Origin: Octopus vulgaris
Lineage: Eukaryota
Length of the DNA stretch: 64,000 bases
NCBI GenBank assembly: GCA_951406725.2
Contig: OX597818.1
Span: 13,454,001-13,518,000, forward strand
Reading direction: 5' to 3'
Made by a program: the position numbers and the translations under genes. Under the pieces are notes generated by a model. The model was given only the letters and a program-made list of their open reading frames with translations. It was not told the DNA's origin and made no database searches. Shown here piece by piece: positions 41,000 through 53,172 of the stretch (positions are counted from its first letter, which is position 1; every line of letters starts with the position of its first letter).

Positions 41000-43380
41000 A
41001 TATTGGCACATCTAGGCAATCCAGTTGTGACCAGTCAGGCTGTTGGAAACATTTGAGCAGTTTTGCGAGATTTTTACTATTCCCTCTTCTATCCAATAGA
41101 CTCACTGAGTCCTAACGTGGCTCAATCACGACGCTTTATTAGCCCACTAACATTAAAGTTCAAGAAATTCCTAGGAAATCCTCTAGACGTCTGAAGAACT
41201 TTGGTTCTCCTGTTCTTATCGGAGCATAATCAACCACCAGTTTGAGTGCACCCTTCACTACTGGATCTAGGAAGATAGCTCATTTCAGATCCAGACAAAG
41301 CAGTTCCATCTCATTCCTGGCTGACTTAGAGATAAGTAGATCTCGTACGGAGAGTGTGTTTCGACAAATAGCCACTTCACCGACACTTAATGACCAAAGG
41401 TCGTTGACTAGGCTGCACTGTTTCCAAGGCGATCCCAGCACACAAACATTTATCCTGTCTATCGAAGAAAAGCCATGACAGATTAATGAATATCTGCACA
41501 AAAGTTTACTTATCGTGATTTTGTTGTGGCGATGGCGATGGATATTCCGTGCCCATGTGGATGCTTCCACGAGTAGTTCTTTAAACAGGCTTGTAGATAT
41601 TTCTCATGAAAGTCTCCACTCATTCAATTGTATTGGTTTTGAGTTCCCTTCACCTTAGGATATGCCCGGCTGATTCGAATACAGAAGCGGCATATCTTTG
41701 TGGAAAATTTTGCAGTGATTCTGTCGATAATAAAGTTCTTGTTCTGAGGGATTTTTATGCTTTGTTTTACTGAGTCTAATTAGAGGCAGATGTTCGTGAG
41801 TTCACATTTCTGTTTGCTGCTGCTGCTACTTCTATTGTTATTTTTGTGCTTGTTACTGTTACTGTTGTCGGTGCTGCTGTGATTGCTGTTGTTGCGACTG
41901 TTACCGTTGTTTTTGCTGCTGTATTAGCCATTTGCCTCCGCTGGTGGATGTCTGCTTTCTCTCTTTTGTTGTGGGTAGAAAGGTTTTAGATGATTTGTGT
42001 TCCGCTGATAAGTTTATGATATCCGGAATTGTTTCTAAACATTCGTTATGCATTTTTGCCCACAGCTCTAGGGCTTGCTCCAACAGGTTTTGCACCGGTA
42101 AAATATTTGGTTCGTCCTCCATGTCCAGGAGGTCAGTTGCTACCACCAACCAGCAGATGTTTATTTCTGATGGTCTGCAATTTCATCTTCACAACTCTTC
42201 GACCCATGTATATAGGTGCCAGAAAAAGATCTTCGATCTTTAAGTTCGAAGTGGAATGCTTGCTTGTTTCCATCTATGATGCAAATCATTTCCCTTTTGC
42301 AACGTAGGCTTTTGTGCCCCACGCCGGAGGTAGACCTTTTTCTATTTATTGTTGTGTTGGTAGTTTTTACGTAAGGCTTTTAACTCCTGTCGTTTTAGAA
42401 GTTGTTTTTCTTACTGTGTTCCGTACAATGACTTCGGGGTTATCCTTCTTCCATTCCTTTTCAATATAATTTTTGTATTTCTTAAATCGTCGGTCAACAA
42501 ATTTGTATTTTCATGTAATTAAGTGACTGCGGATATGAAACCATTAGGGCAAGATTTATTATCTTTGTTATTTTCAGCGACTGTGTTGGCCTTAATGGTG
42601 GAAGGGGTGGATAAGGCGGCGAGGTGGCAGAATCGCTAGCACGCCGGGCGAATTATGTAGCCGCATTTCGTCTACCGTTACGTTCTGAGTTCAAATTCCG
42701 CCGAGGTCGACTTTACCTTTCATCCTTTCTGGGTCGATAAATTAAGAACCAGTTACACACTGGGGTCGATGTAATCGACTTAATCCGTTTGAATGTCCTT
42801 GTTTGTCCCCTCTGTGTTTAGCCCTTTGTAAGTAGTACAGAAATAGGTGGAAGAGGTGGCTGTAGGACTTGAATTTGCACGCACTATGTGTGAAAATGTT
42901 CTTTTTCTTTTTCTTTCTCCTGATTTTCTTGTTTATTGTTGTTGCTTTGGTTGGCCTTTGTGGTGGCGGTGGTGGTAGTGGTGCTGTTGTTTTGACAATG
43001 GTTTTCTTTTTTGTTTTTGTTGTTGATTGTAGTGGTAATGTTGTTGATCTTGTTGTTGTTGCTGCTGCGGCTGCTGTTGATTCTGCTGATACTACCTATT
43101 TCTGTGTATATTGAAGGTTGCGTGTGAGAGTCAATTTCGCCTTCAGAACTAACTCCCAACATACCTTCTCTGTTTGGCGAAGAAGACACCGTCATATTGG
43201 ATTTTGCACAATATTTCGAAAAGAAAGACATTCATGTCAAGACTTTGCTCTTCAAGGCAGACGGATGAAAATAACTTTCTCTCAGACACTTATGGGCTGC
43301 TAAAATTAACGACACACTATATAACAATGAAAACAAGTGGGTGACTCACAGAGCGCTAGCAACACGTGTAGTCTTACGAC
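41000..43380 (-). mobile_element. Decayed L1/Tx1-like LINE 5' half (ORF1 + start of APE endonuclease), interrupted by a SINE
   Basis: Low-complexity N/T/Q ORF1 start (42884-43231); APIYMGRR..WLVVA ORF1 motif; INVCVLGSPWKQCSLVNDLWSLSVGEVAIC (LNVRGL..QETH-type APE N-terminus) near 41360-41460. Confidence 0.65.
42613..42846 (+). mobile_element. tRNA-derived SINE family 2, best-preserved copy
   Basis: A-box-like TGGCAGAATCG, B-box GAGTTCAAATTCC, central CCTTTCATCCTTTCTGGGTCGATAAATTAAG..CCAG. Flanked by duplicated GGTGGAAG(G/A)GGTGG. Confidence 0.9.
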
Positions 43381-44615
43381 AAACAACAGCAACTACCAGA
43401 ACAACATAATTATAATTATAATTTTAATAATAATAGAAATTATAAAAATAATAGTAATTTTAATAATAATAGTAATTATAAAAATAATAGTAATTATAAT
43501 AATAATAGTAATATTGAAATTATAATTCAAATACGAATCTTAACAATAATAACGATGAAAAGAACTAAAATTATAATGATTATAATTATAATACCAGCCG
43601 AAGAGCAGTGTGAATATAAATAAGTATGCCCATGTTAAAAGTCGTATTAAAAAATATTAATGATGTTAAAAATGATATTAAAGGATTAGTTTTACTATGA
43701 CAATTAATGTGTTTCTTTTTTGCTGTTAATTAGGTTTTACTTCTGTTGTTGATTATATTGCGATGGCGGATTTGCATATTTTCTTCTTGATGATAATGTT
43801 GGTAGTGATTTCAAAGACGTTGAGAATACTTTTCATGTATCTAATGGAGTTAGTTATAAATATATTGATATGTCGATATTACAATAAATAGTTATAATGA
43901 CACTTTAGTGATGTGATAAAAGTTAGTATCACAGCATAAACATATAGGCGATAATAATAATGATGGTAGAAAATGCGCTAAAAGTTATGATTGACGTGTA
44001 AATATATGAAATAGTGGCACATTGGCAGTCGAAGTTATATTTCATCTTAATAGCTTGATGCATACGACAGCAGTGGGTCATATATTTCAAGTTTGAATGA
44101 TAAAATGTGTATGTTTGCCAATGGTGTACTATTGTTATATTTTGTGTGAAGTATACAATTAAGGCAAAAGATTGTGTTATCTATGTGGCTCCTAGTGAAA
44201 GTAATTATGCTGGAAAGTTTTATTTTTTCATATGATTCAATATATTATGTTATATATACTATTAATTTGAATTAAATAGTGTATTTAATAGCTATAATAA
44301 ATTCACAATGCAGCCATCACTGTTGTATCGGCAATGCTATATCTCTGAATATTGTAAAGAACTGTCACGAAAGAAGGCCAGATGAAGTTTGTAACTGCAA
44401 GCTGTAGTGTGTTTACGTTTCAAAGTTTGCATTGTGCTTCTTTGCCCATTATCTTGTAGAGGAGACAAACAAACTCCACCGGGAACTATACTTTATGTTT
44501 GCCTCTTTTGATGTCAAAGATTAGGAGACTGTCAGATAAATAAGCACATATGAATATATGCATGTATATATATAGATTCATATGAATAGGGTACTTTCAA
44601 AGTAAGGTGATTAAA

Positions 44616-45512
44616 ATCAAAATAAGCAACAAGAATATCCAGAGGTAATGCAGTACGTTTGTTTCATGCAACTCCATTTAATTGAACACTGCAATCATTG
44701 CATCAATTTAAAATGTAGAGCAATCTTCAGTTGCACAAAGAGATAGAATTTAATTAAATTAGAACAGATGGACACATTAGTATAATTATACCTTAAATCT
44801 CCAAGAAATTAAGGAGATAGATAAAGAACATGTTGTCTCTAATTCAGCATAGAAGTTACTAAATTTTCTATGCTTTTGTTTTAATATTCTATCCTTTTGT
44901 TATAATATTCTTCTTAATCTATTTGATTACCCTAAACTTTAACTGTATACATATGATAAGACCTCCCCTATTTCATTATCCATAGTCTGCTAGTGGGCAA
45001 CCCCCTTAATTATCAGCTAACATCTTGTTTTACTTTTTCCCTTCCTAAACCTCATGATATTGCTTATAAAAATCTTCATTTTTTAGGACTATACAAACTA
45101 GAAAGTCTGCCTACTCCACAAAGCTCTACCCATAACACATACTGCCCTCTATTCTCTTAGTCTTAGATATACTAAGGAGTTGATAAACAAGTCTATAAAT
45201 TAAAACTGACCCCATAAAGACAAAATATCAGTGGTAGGCAGAGTCTTATTGATAATTTTAGTGACTTCTATGCTTTAGTAGAGACAACATGTTCTTTATC
45301 CCCTTATCTTCTTGGAGATTTTTAGGTATAATTATACTAATGTGTCCACCTGTTCTAATTTAATTAAATTCTATGTCTTTGTGCTCTACATTCTATGTGT
45401 TAGATTGCTCTACATTTTAAAATGATGTAATGATTGCATTGTTCAATTAAATGGAGTTGCTTGAAACGATCGTACTGCATTACCTCTGGATATCCTTGTT
45501 GCTTATTTTGAT
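44616..45512. mobile_element. Penelope-like insertion with ~250-bp inverted termini
   Basis: 44616-44865 is the reverse complement of 45256-45512. Both arms contain hammerhead parts (TGCAA-CTGAAGA..GAAA-CGATCG-TA-CTGCA); the right end abuts (TA)n. Confidence 0.85.
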
Positions 45513-46181
45513 ATATATATATCGCGTTTATTATTCAAGGTTATACTGTTACTCCCGTGTATTTTCTTGCATTTATAATAAAACAGATATATAAAAATTA
45601 TAAAAATAATTTTAAAAGTATGCATTACAGTACTGTTTCTACGTCGCGGTTTTCCCCTATCTTGTGGGGCTTACTAATGTAACAGCTGCGCTAATCGAGG
45701 GATTACTGCCTGTGGGCCTATATTCAGAAACTCTTTTGTTGTATAGCCCCAGTAATTTTTATTATTTTCAGAAAAAAAAATATATATAAGAAAAATTATT
45801 CAAGTCTGTATTTAAGCCAATGGAATTATTTTGGGAAAAAAGCAGCATTTTAAAAATGAAATAAAGTACAACATTAAAAAAAAATATAGTATAATTCGCC
45901 TAATTATTCATACCTAGCAGAAAACTGAAAGTGACGAATTTGGTGATGTTACGAATTAGCCAAAGACAAATTAGGCTAATTCTATTGTATTAATGCTAAC
46001 TAATAAATTTTATTTATGATTTATGCGTCAGATTAAATTTTCTTTTAATGTGGAAGAATTGACTAAGCATATCGCTGATTTGAAACATTTAGCGACCATT
46101 CTACTGCAACCAATGTCTTTTTTTTTTGTAATGAGATTTTCATTCAAACGAAAAAAATATCGTGCAATATTATTGACGACT

Positions 46182-46386
46182 AAGGCGGCGAGCTGGCAGA
46201 ACTGGCTGAAATGCTTAGCAGTATTTCGTCCGTCTTTGCGTTCTGAGTTCAAATTACCCCGAGATCGACATTGCCTTTCATCTTTTCGAGGTCGATAAAT
46301 TAAGTACCAGCTGCGTACTGAGGTCACTCTAATTGACTGGGCCCTCCCCACAAATTTGTGCCGTGTGCCTGGAGTACAAAAGAATA
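46182..46386 (+). mobile_element. SINE family 2
   Basis: AAGGCGGCGAGCTGGCAGAA..GTTCTGAGTTCAAATT..GCCTTTCATCTTTTCGAGGTCGATAAATTAAGTACCAG. Confidence 0.88.
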
Positions 46387-47989
46387 TTTTAAGTACAGGG
46401 GAATCTGAATTTTAAATACCTTTTAGATTCCTTCAGAAGTTATGAGTTTGGCAAATTTTACTGCAGTAATCTTGTTGCTCTGTACTTTTCCAGCTGTAAT
46501 AACTTAGGAATATTAATATGCATGTTCTCGCATTTTTCATTGTAATCCACATTTCCCCTAGGCTATGCAATAAATCTAGTAAATATTGTTTGTTAAAATA
46601 TGTTTGAATTATTTTTTATTGTTGATGAATGAATTAAAATTTTATGAATGAGAAATGTAATTATAATTGTAAAGAATATTAGATCCTATATATTTTCTGT
46701 ATATATAGTGCGTAATACGAATGCGCCAAAAAAGAAAGTGCGAACATTCATTATAAAAGATAATCTATATAATACTGAATATTAATGTAACACTAATATT
46801 ATAAAGAAGAGCTAGCAAGAAGAGATATGGGAATATATCAACTATATAGTAAGAAGAGAATCTGATCAGTTGAATAGTAAAGCTATGACTAATATAAAGT
46901 ATTTTAAAAATGCAAAAATAGTAAATGCATCCACCGTAAAGTAGGAGGATCAGCCTGCCTTTGATAGGACAAAGTTAGTTTGTTAGTCGAAGCTCATGCA
47001 AATAAAAATAAAACATGCAGTTCAGCGACAGTTCATGTCAATTTGACTGAAAATAAATTTAAAAATCTGAATCCTGCTACGCTGAAAACCCAGTCATACT
47101 ATCTAAAAGCAAAACCCTTGTCAATTTACCCTAAGAAATAATAATCTACATTCTGCTGCTCTTAATATTGAATTAAAGTTTAAAATCAAACAATGAACTT
47201 ATTAAAACTTCAGAAGTTCTTACAACTTTGGTCGTCATAATGTTTTGCTTTCGTTTATTTAAAAATTCCTCCTCCCGTAATGATTTTCATTTCATTTTGT
47301 GATAGACAACTATTATGCAGAAAATGCCAGCTTCTAAAGTCTGATTAAGGGAAAATGATTAAAATGTAAACCTCAGTAACATGTTTCTGCAATAAGCATG
47401 TATGTATGTACATATGTATGTATTTATATGTATGAATGTATGTATGTATGTTAGTATGTGTATGTGTGAGTGTTTATTTACGATGGACAGCAGAAAAATG
47501 TCCACTTGCCATCAATTATTATCAACTTACGACCTCTCTTTTTAAAGCTACCTATTCATGGAAATTTTAAAAGTTACTTATGTGTATGTGCATGTGCATG
47601 TGTGTGCATGTGTGTGCGTGCGTGTGTGCGTGTGTGTGTGTATTTACGAAAGTATGTTTGCAGCGTCGTTTGTGCATCCCTGAAGTCGATTTCAGATGTT
47701 ATCCTCCCTATTTGACCTAACATATCGAATATACTCGACTATAAAACGGCCTCCTTATAAAATGCACTCCCGAATTACAAGGCTGAAATCGAGAACTTTA
47801 TCATTGACCCGACATTTTTGATGTTGGAGAGCAAAATTCGATTAGGAATCGAGCCGACATAGTTGTTGTCTGGTAACCGATTTTTCAGTAATCTGAAGAT
47901 AACTTATAATAACTGTTATCCCATTAAGTCCATGCAGTTTAGAAACCGTTCTTTATAATGTAAAATTTTATTGTTGATAATGCTAGTTG

Positions 47990-49600
47990 ACTTGTTTATC
48001 GTATTGAGTCTTAATTTGGAATCTCAAGTTTATCTACTGAACTAAATTTCAAATTTTGTAGCTGAAAATATTGCATTGGAGGCGACCAATCTAAAAATGT
48101 ATAAATGTAATCAAATTTGTTAAAAAAAAACTAAATTAGTGACAAAGCATAGAAATGGTCTCGAGTGAGGAAATTTTGACCCTCAGAATAATATTCACAC
48201 ACGGTATTGTGTGAATTATATTTATTATAATATAGTATATTCTATGAACAAGATACCTAAATACTGAATTGAATCAAACATTCTGCAATATTGGTTTCCA
48301 ATTCTGGCAAGCCATCAAATTTGGAGGGGAGGGAAGTTGATTACATCGACCTCAGTCCTCAGAAGATATTTATTTTATCGAGTACGGAAAAGATAAAAGT
48401 CAAAGACGACCATGGCGGTACTTGCACTCACAATGTAGAGACAGACGAAATACCTCTAAGCTTTCACTTTCTTTGTTAACGACTCCGCCAGGTCGTTGTC
48501 TTATTGCTATTTTAAGTAATATTACTCGAAAAGCACATTTACCTTATATATAATAACTTATTTCATTTGGAATATTTTTTTAAAAAGAGTAGCACCACGA
48601 CACTCGTCTTAAAGTGTTCTATTATATGACCTAAACAAACAAAAATTTTACACAAAATCAAAATGTTTGTTTTGAATTTGTTTTTAAGCGTTACCACTGT
48701 TTTTGGCACATTCGGCCCCAGTATTCTTTTTATCTTACTTTTTTGATTTGTATAATTAGCGTCAAGGGATTCCGGTAGTCGAGATCTATCAGAATAGTTA
48801 AATTTAAATATAGTTTTCTTTTGAAAGAATAATATTTTGAGTCAAAAATCGATTTCATGCGTTATTCTCGTTTTTTCGCAGTTTTTTACCTCAGTACTTT
48901 TTTAGCTATTAAATATTTTGGCATATAATTAACATGGATAGAATCCTGTGTTCATGTTTTATCATATCAGCTAAAATAAAATATAGATCTACTTAAAAAA
49001 GAAAAAATCTATTCGGACTCAAAGTCGATTTCAGGCGTTATTCTTCCGCGTGAGACCTCACATATTTGACTAAGTTTTTTCTACTGAACTAATTTTCAAA
49101 TTTTTTTTAGCTCACAATGTAGCGTATGATGTGACCAATCTTAAAATGTAAACATTATCTAAGCCTAGTAATGGACGTGACTGAGTAAATGTTGATCTTA
49201 TGAATAAAATTCACACAATACCGTCTGTGAATGATATTTTTGAAAAGATTAACAACACAACACTCGTCTTTATGGGTTCTATCATATGAAGAAGAAAGTT
49301 GTAGGTTTTGAATTCGATTTTAAGAGTAACCACTGTTTCGGCACATTTGGCACCAGTATTTGTTTTTTATTTAAACAAATTTTTTTGTATGATTGGTACC
49401 ATCAGAATCCTATTGTGGATATACATCTAAAAGTTGAATTTAAATAGTTTCCTTTAGACATAAAAATATTTTGATTCAAAGTCATTTTCAGGGGTTAATC
49501 TTTCTTTCGCAACTTGTACCTCAGTACTTTTATCTACTGAATATTTTTGCGTATAAGTAATATGGATTGATTCCACTCACCGAGATCTATCTTCTTAAAT
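47990..49600. repeat. Old tandem duplication (~600-650-bp unit) with internal sub-repeats; first unit interrupted by a SINE
   Basis: 48020-48220 matches 49068-49235, and 48580-48950 matches 49243-49575 (e.g. CACTCGTCTT, ACCACTGTTT..GGCACATT.GGC.CCAGTATT, ACCTCAGTACTTTT). Confidence 0.8.
48291..48502 (-). mobile_element. SINE family 2, degraded
   Basis: TTGGTTTCCAATTCTGGCA..TACATCGACCTCAG..TTTTATCGA..GACGAAATACC..TAACGACTCCGCCAG. Confidence 0.75.
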
Positions 49601-50681
49601 AAGTATAGTGTTATTTGTAAACTAAAAGTTTTAATATTAAAATTTTAATTTTAGCTGCAATATCTTAAGTAAACATTTTCTTATTCTTTACTTTACTAGA
49701 AGTAACAGCTTATCCTATACTTTTACAGGTCTAATAACTTGTCCTGTACTTTTCGACCTTTATAACCTTAAGAATATAAACGTTCATGCTCCCATTTTCC
49801 CATGTAATCCATGATTATTCCAGGCATTGCTGTTATAAGATAATTAATAATGTGACAATTAATAATTTAAGGTTTTCCCTTATAAACTACTGAAAGATAA
49901 TATTTCAATTTTTCCACATAAGTGATGATAATACTTGAATCTTTTCGTGTTTAGTTTAAATATAGGTTGTGATTGAATTATTTGATATTACCCATTCACA
50001 CCAAATTAATGGCAGGGATTTCTACCATGTTGTTGGTTGCACAGTGGCTCACCAGAAGTTACAAAACAATAAGACCTCAAAATGATCAGTTACCAGGCTC
50101 ACCCTTAAAATCGAATTTTGCTATGTTAGGAGGTTACAGGAATTCATTCAACGAAAAATATTCCAATGATTCCGAGATTAGAGGGAAACCCGTCTCATTT
50201 TTTACGAACCAAAATAAGGGTTTTGCAGTATATTAGGAGGTCAAGGTCCTTGATTCCACGCAAAAAGTTAATTTTTATTCTTGGTGAAAATCGTACGAGT
50301 GTTAATACAAAATTGACCATAATGTTGTTATTTAGCCTCAAATAAACACTCATACTGCAAACGTATCATCAAAGACATTCTAGCCTTCAGCAAACCGTCT
50401 TTTTAGGGATAATATAGCAGATTACATACAATGGGCGTGTGATTTAGATAGGGGGATACTTTGGCTGCTATTTTTAGCGTGCCGAGCGACCAGGTAGAGG
50501 CTCTTTAATTGGTTTGATTGCGTGATGAGACCTTTTTACACATATATGTAATATGTATATATTTTATCGGCAGACGTTAGAGAGTAAGTCAAAAGCTGAG
50601 AGTTCCGTGTATTGACACTTATTAAACACGAATTTGTCCATTGTCACTGAAAAACCATGAGCGAAATTTGTCCATTGTCAC

Positions 50682-51023
50682 TCAAAAACCATGAGCGAAA
50701 TTAAAAATAAAAAATGACGACAATTTACTCATCGCATGCTGATTACTTTTGTAATTAATGCTTTCTAATCTAATTATATTTTGCATTGTTTGGCGTCATA
50801 TATTGCAATTACTACTCATTGGAAATAAATTTACAAGTCGGGAGAAGTAAGTTTCCACTGTATAGCTTCACAACTCACAATTAAGAATTCCTAATATGAC
50901 ATTGATATTTAGAGCGTACTCATTTTCAATTGAATTTATCCATTGCATTACTAACCAATAATATGCTGCGATTGACGAAATGGTCGACATAAGAGAATAT
51001 GCAACCACTGCCGTGGTTGAATG

Positions 51024-51064
<41 letters not shown>

Positions 51065-51109
51065 TGTTTATTGGCTAAACTGGCAAAATGACCATTCCGA
51101 AATACAACA

Positions 51110-51159
<50 letters not shown>

Positions 51160-51624
51160 ATAGGTAAATGGATATGTACACATCGGATAGATACACATGT
51201 ATGTAGAGAGATGGGTACATAGGTAATACGGTCAGACAGGTACACACACATGCACACACACACAAAAGAAGATGGAAACATATGACACTGTACACATACA
51301 CGCAACACACACGTACGCACACACAGAGACACAAACATGAATAAGCACAATATATACATGCATGCATACATATGTACACACACGCATAAATTCATACATA
51401 TATGCATACATATACATACATTTGTGCATACACAAGCACAGTTGCACGATGCTGAATACACATGCGCACAAACATACAAAAGGAACACATTTCCAACAAC
51501 GGATACTCAACATCTTTTGACAAAGCTGCAAAAGCAACGAAAATTTGGGAAAGGAAAAGACATTAATAAACAAGTGGCAATTGAACCGGTCGGAACATTA
51601 TATATATGTGTGTGTGCGTGTGTG

Positions 51625-51655
<31 letters not shown>

Positions 51656-52356
51656 AAACATAAACATTTATATACAATAGTGTGTCTCTACGTATGTGCA
51701 TGTATGTACATTTATTTATGGTATGTGTTAATATACTTCTTGCATACACCTTCGTTCCACAAGTAATTGTCAACACAGAAAAAATGAAAAGAAAGAAGCA
51801 TTCCCATTGGAAAAATCCCCGGTTCACAATCAAAAGCATGTATTCTAACCAAACTGACAGAGGGAAAAAATTTGAAGAAATAACATTTCAGCTAAAAAAA
51901 TTTTCAAATAAAGAAACCATCTTGAAGCGCGGTACATATTAATGCTACAAGCCATTATCAAAAAATCCTCGTTAAATAGAAATAAAAGTGCATTACACTA
52001 AACGATATATTAACACACATATCTTACAAACAGCGTCTCATCTAATACAGACTATAATGATTATAACCAGCGAAAACTTATTGGTTAGTAATGCAATGGA
52101 TAAATTCAATTGAAAATGAGTACGCTCTAAATATCAATGTCATATTAGGAATTCTTAATTGTGAGTTGTGAAGCTATACAGTGGAAACTTACTTCTCCCG
52201 ACTTGTCATTTATTTCCAATGAGTAGTAATTGCAATATATGACGCCAAACAATGCAAAATATAATTAGATTAGAAAGCATTAATTACAAAAGTAATCAGC
52301 ATGCGATGAGTAAATTGTCGTCATTTTTCATTTTTAATTTCGCTCATGGTTTTTGA
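50682..52356. repeat. ~280-bp near-perfect inverted duplication around a 1.1-kb spacer
   Basis: 50682-50961 vs 52078-52356 show about 2-3 differences. A 34-bp tandem duplication (50631-50698) overlaps the left border. Confidence 0.95.
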
Positions 52357-53172
52357 TTTTGTTAAGTACATAGTATAGTAGTGTCAGTTGGGTACCGTTT
52401 GTGAGAAAAAATAACTCAATGACGCAATTCACCCTGCCAGAAATTTGGAAGCAACATGCTGTTCTGCATGGCATTCGTGTAGGAATATCCAATACGAGCA
52501 CTTCACAATGTTTGCGTGTCAATCTGAAGACAGTGCGATGAGAGGACATGTACCGAGAGTGATGAAGATCAAACATCCAATCAATATCTTGGTGTTTTGA
52601 GTGATCACTAGAGGCGGCGACGTTATGCCTCCATTCATTTTCCCACACGACCTCACACTCAACACGGAGGCCTACATCAAGTGTCTGGAAGCGGTAGTAC
52701 TGCCTTGGGTCAAGAGGGTGACTGCTGGAATACCCTATATCAAGCAACAAGACTCTGCAACATGCCACACAAGCAGGAGAACCCACTCACGACTGTCTGA
52801 CAATTTATGCGACCACATCACTCCTAACATCTGATCAGCTAACTACCCAGACTGGAACCACCTTGATTATTACGTGTGGAGCGCAGTTGAGCGAGAGAGC
52901 AAGAAATCTCCTTGTAACACCAAAGATGAACTGAAGGCAGGGATTAAAGAAGAAGACCACCCAGAAGAGTTGCCGGAGATTCTGAAGTCGTCTAGCGACT
53001 AGCGATTTTATTGAATAAATTGACTCTTTAGGGTTTTTTGAAATTTTTATGTAATTTTGGTGAATATATCTGTTAAAATGAGATGTTGGTGTTATTTTGG
53101 TGAATATATCTGTTAAAATGAGATGTTGGTGTTATTTTCAGTTTTGCGTAATTTATATTCACCGCACCCTGG
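52357..53172 (+). mobile_element. Internally deleted maT/DD37D-like Tc1-mariner element
   Basis: MTQFTLPEIWKQHAVLHGIRVG..LRVNLKTV (HTH), then KHPINILVF*VITRGGDVMPPFIFPHDLTLNTEAYIKCLEAVVLPWVKRV..QQDSATCHTS..PDWNHLDYYVWSAVERE. 40-bp tandem duplication at 53054-53138. Confidence 0.85.

Noticed and set aside
42613-42700. tRNA gene
   Set aside because: A/B boxes belong to a multi-copy SINE head; no complete cloverleaf.
43146-43268. Plus-strand exon-like ELTPNIPSLFGEEDTVILDFAQYFEKKDIHVKTLLFKADG*
   Set aside because: More simply the antisense of the LINE ORF1 start; no supporting exons.
47990-49600. CRISPR-like array
   Set aside because: Repeats are long, diverged and irregular with no unique equal-length spacers; eukaryotic context with no cas genes.
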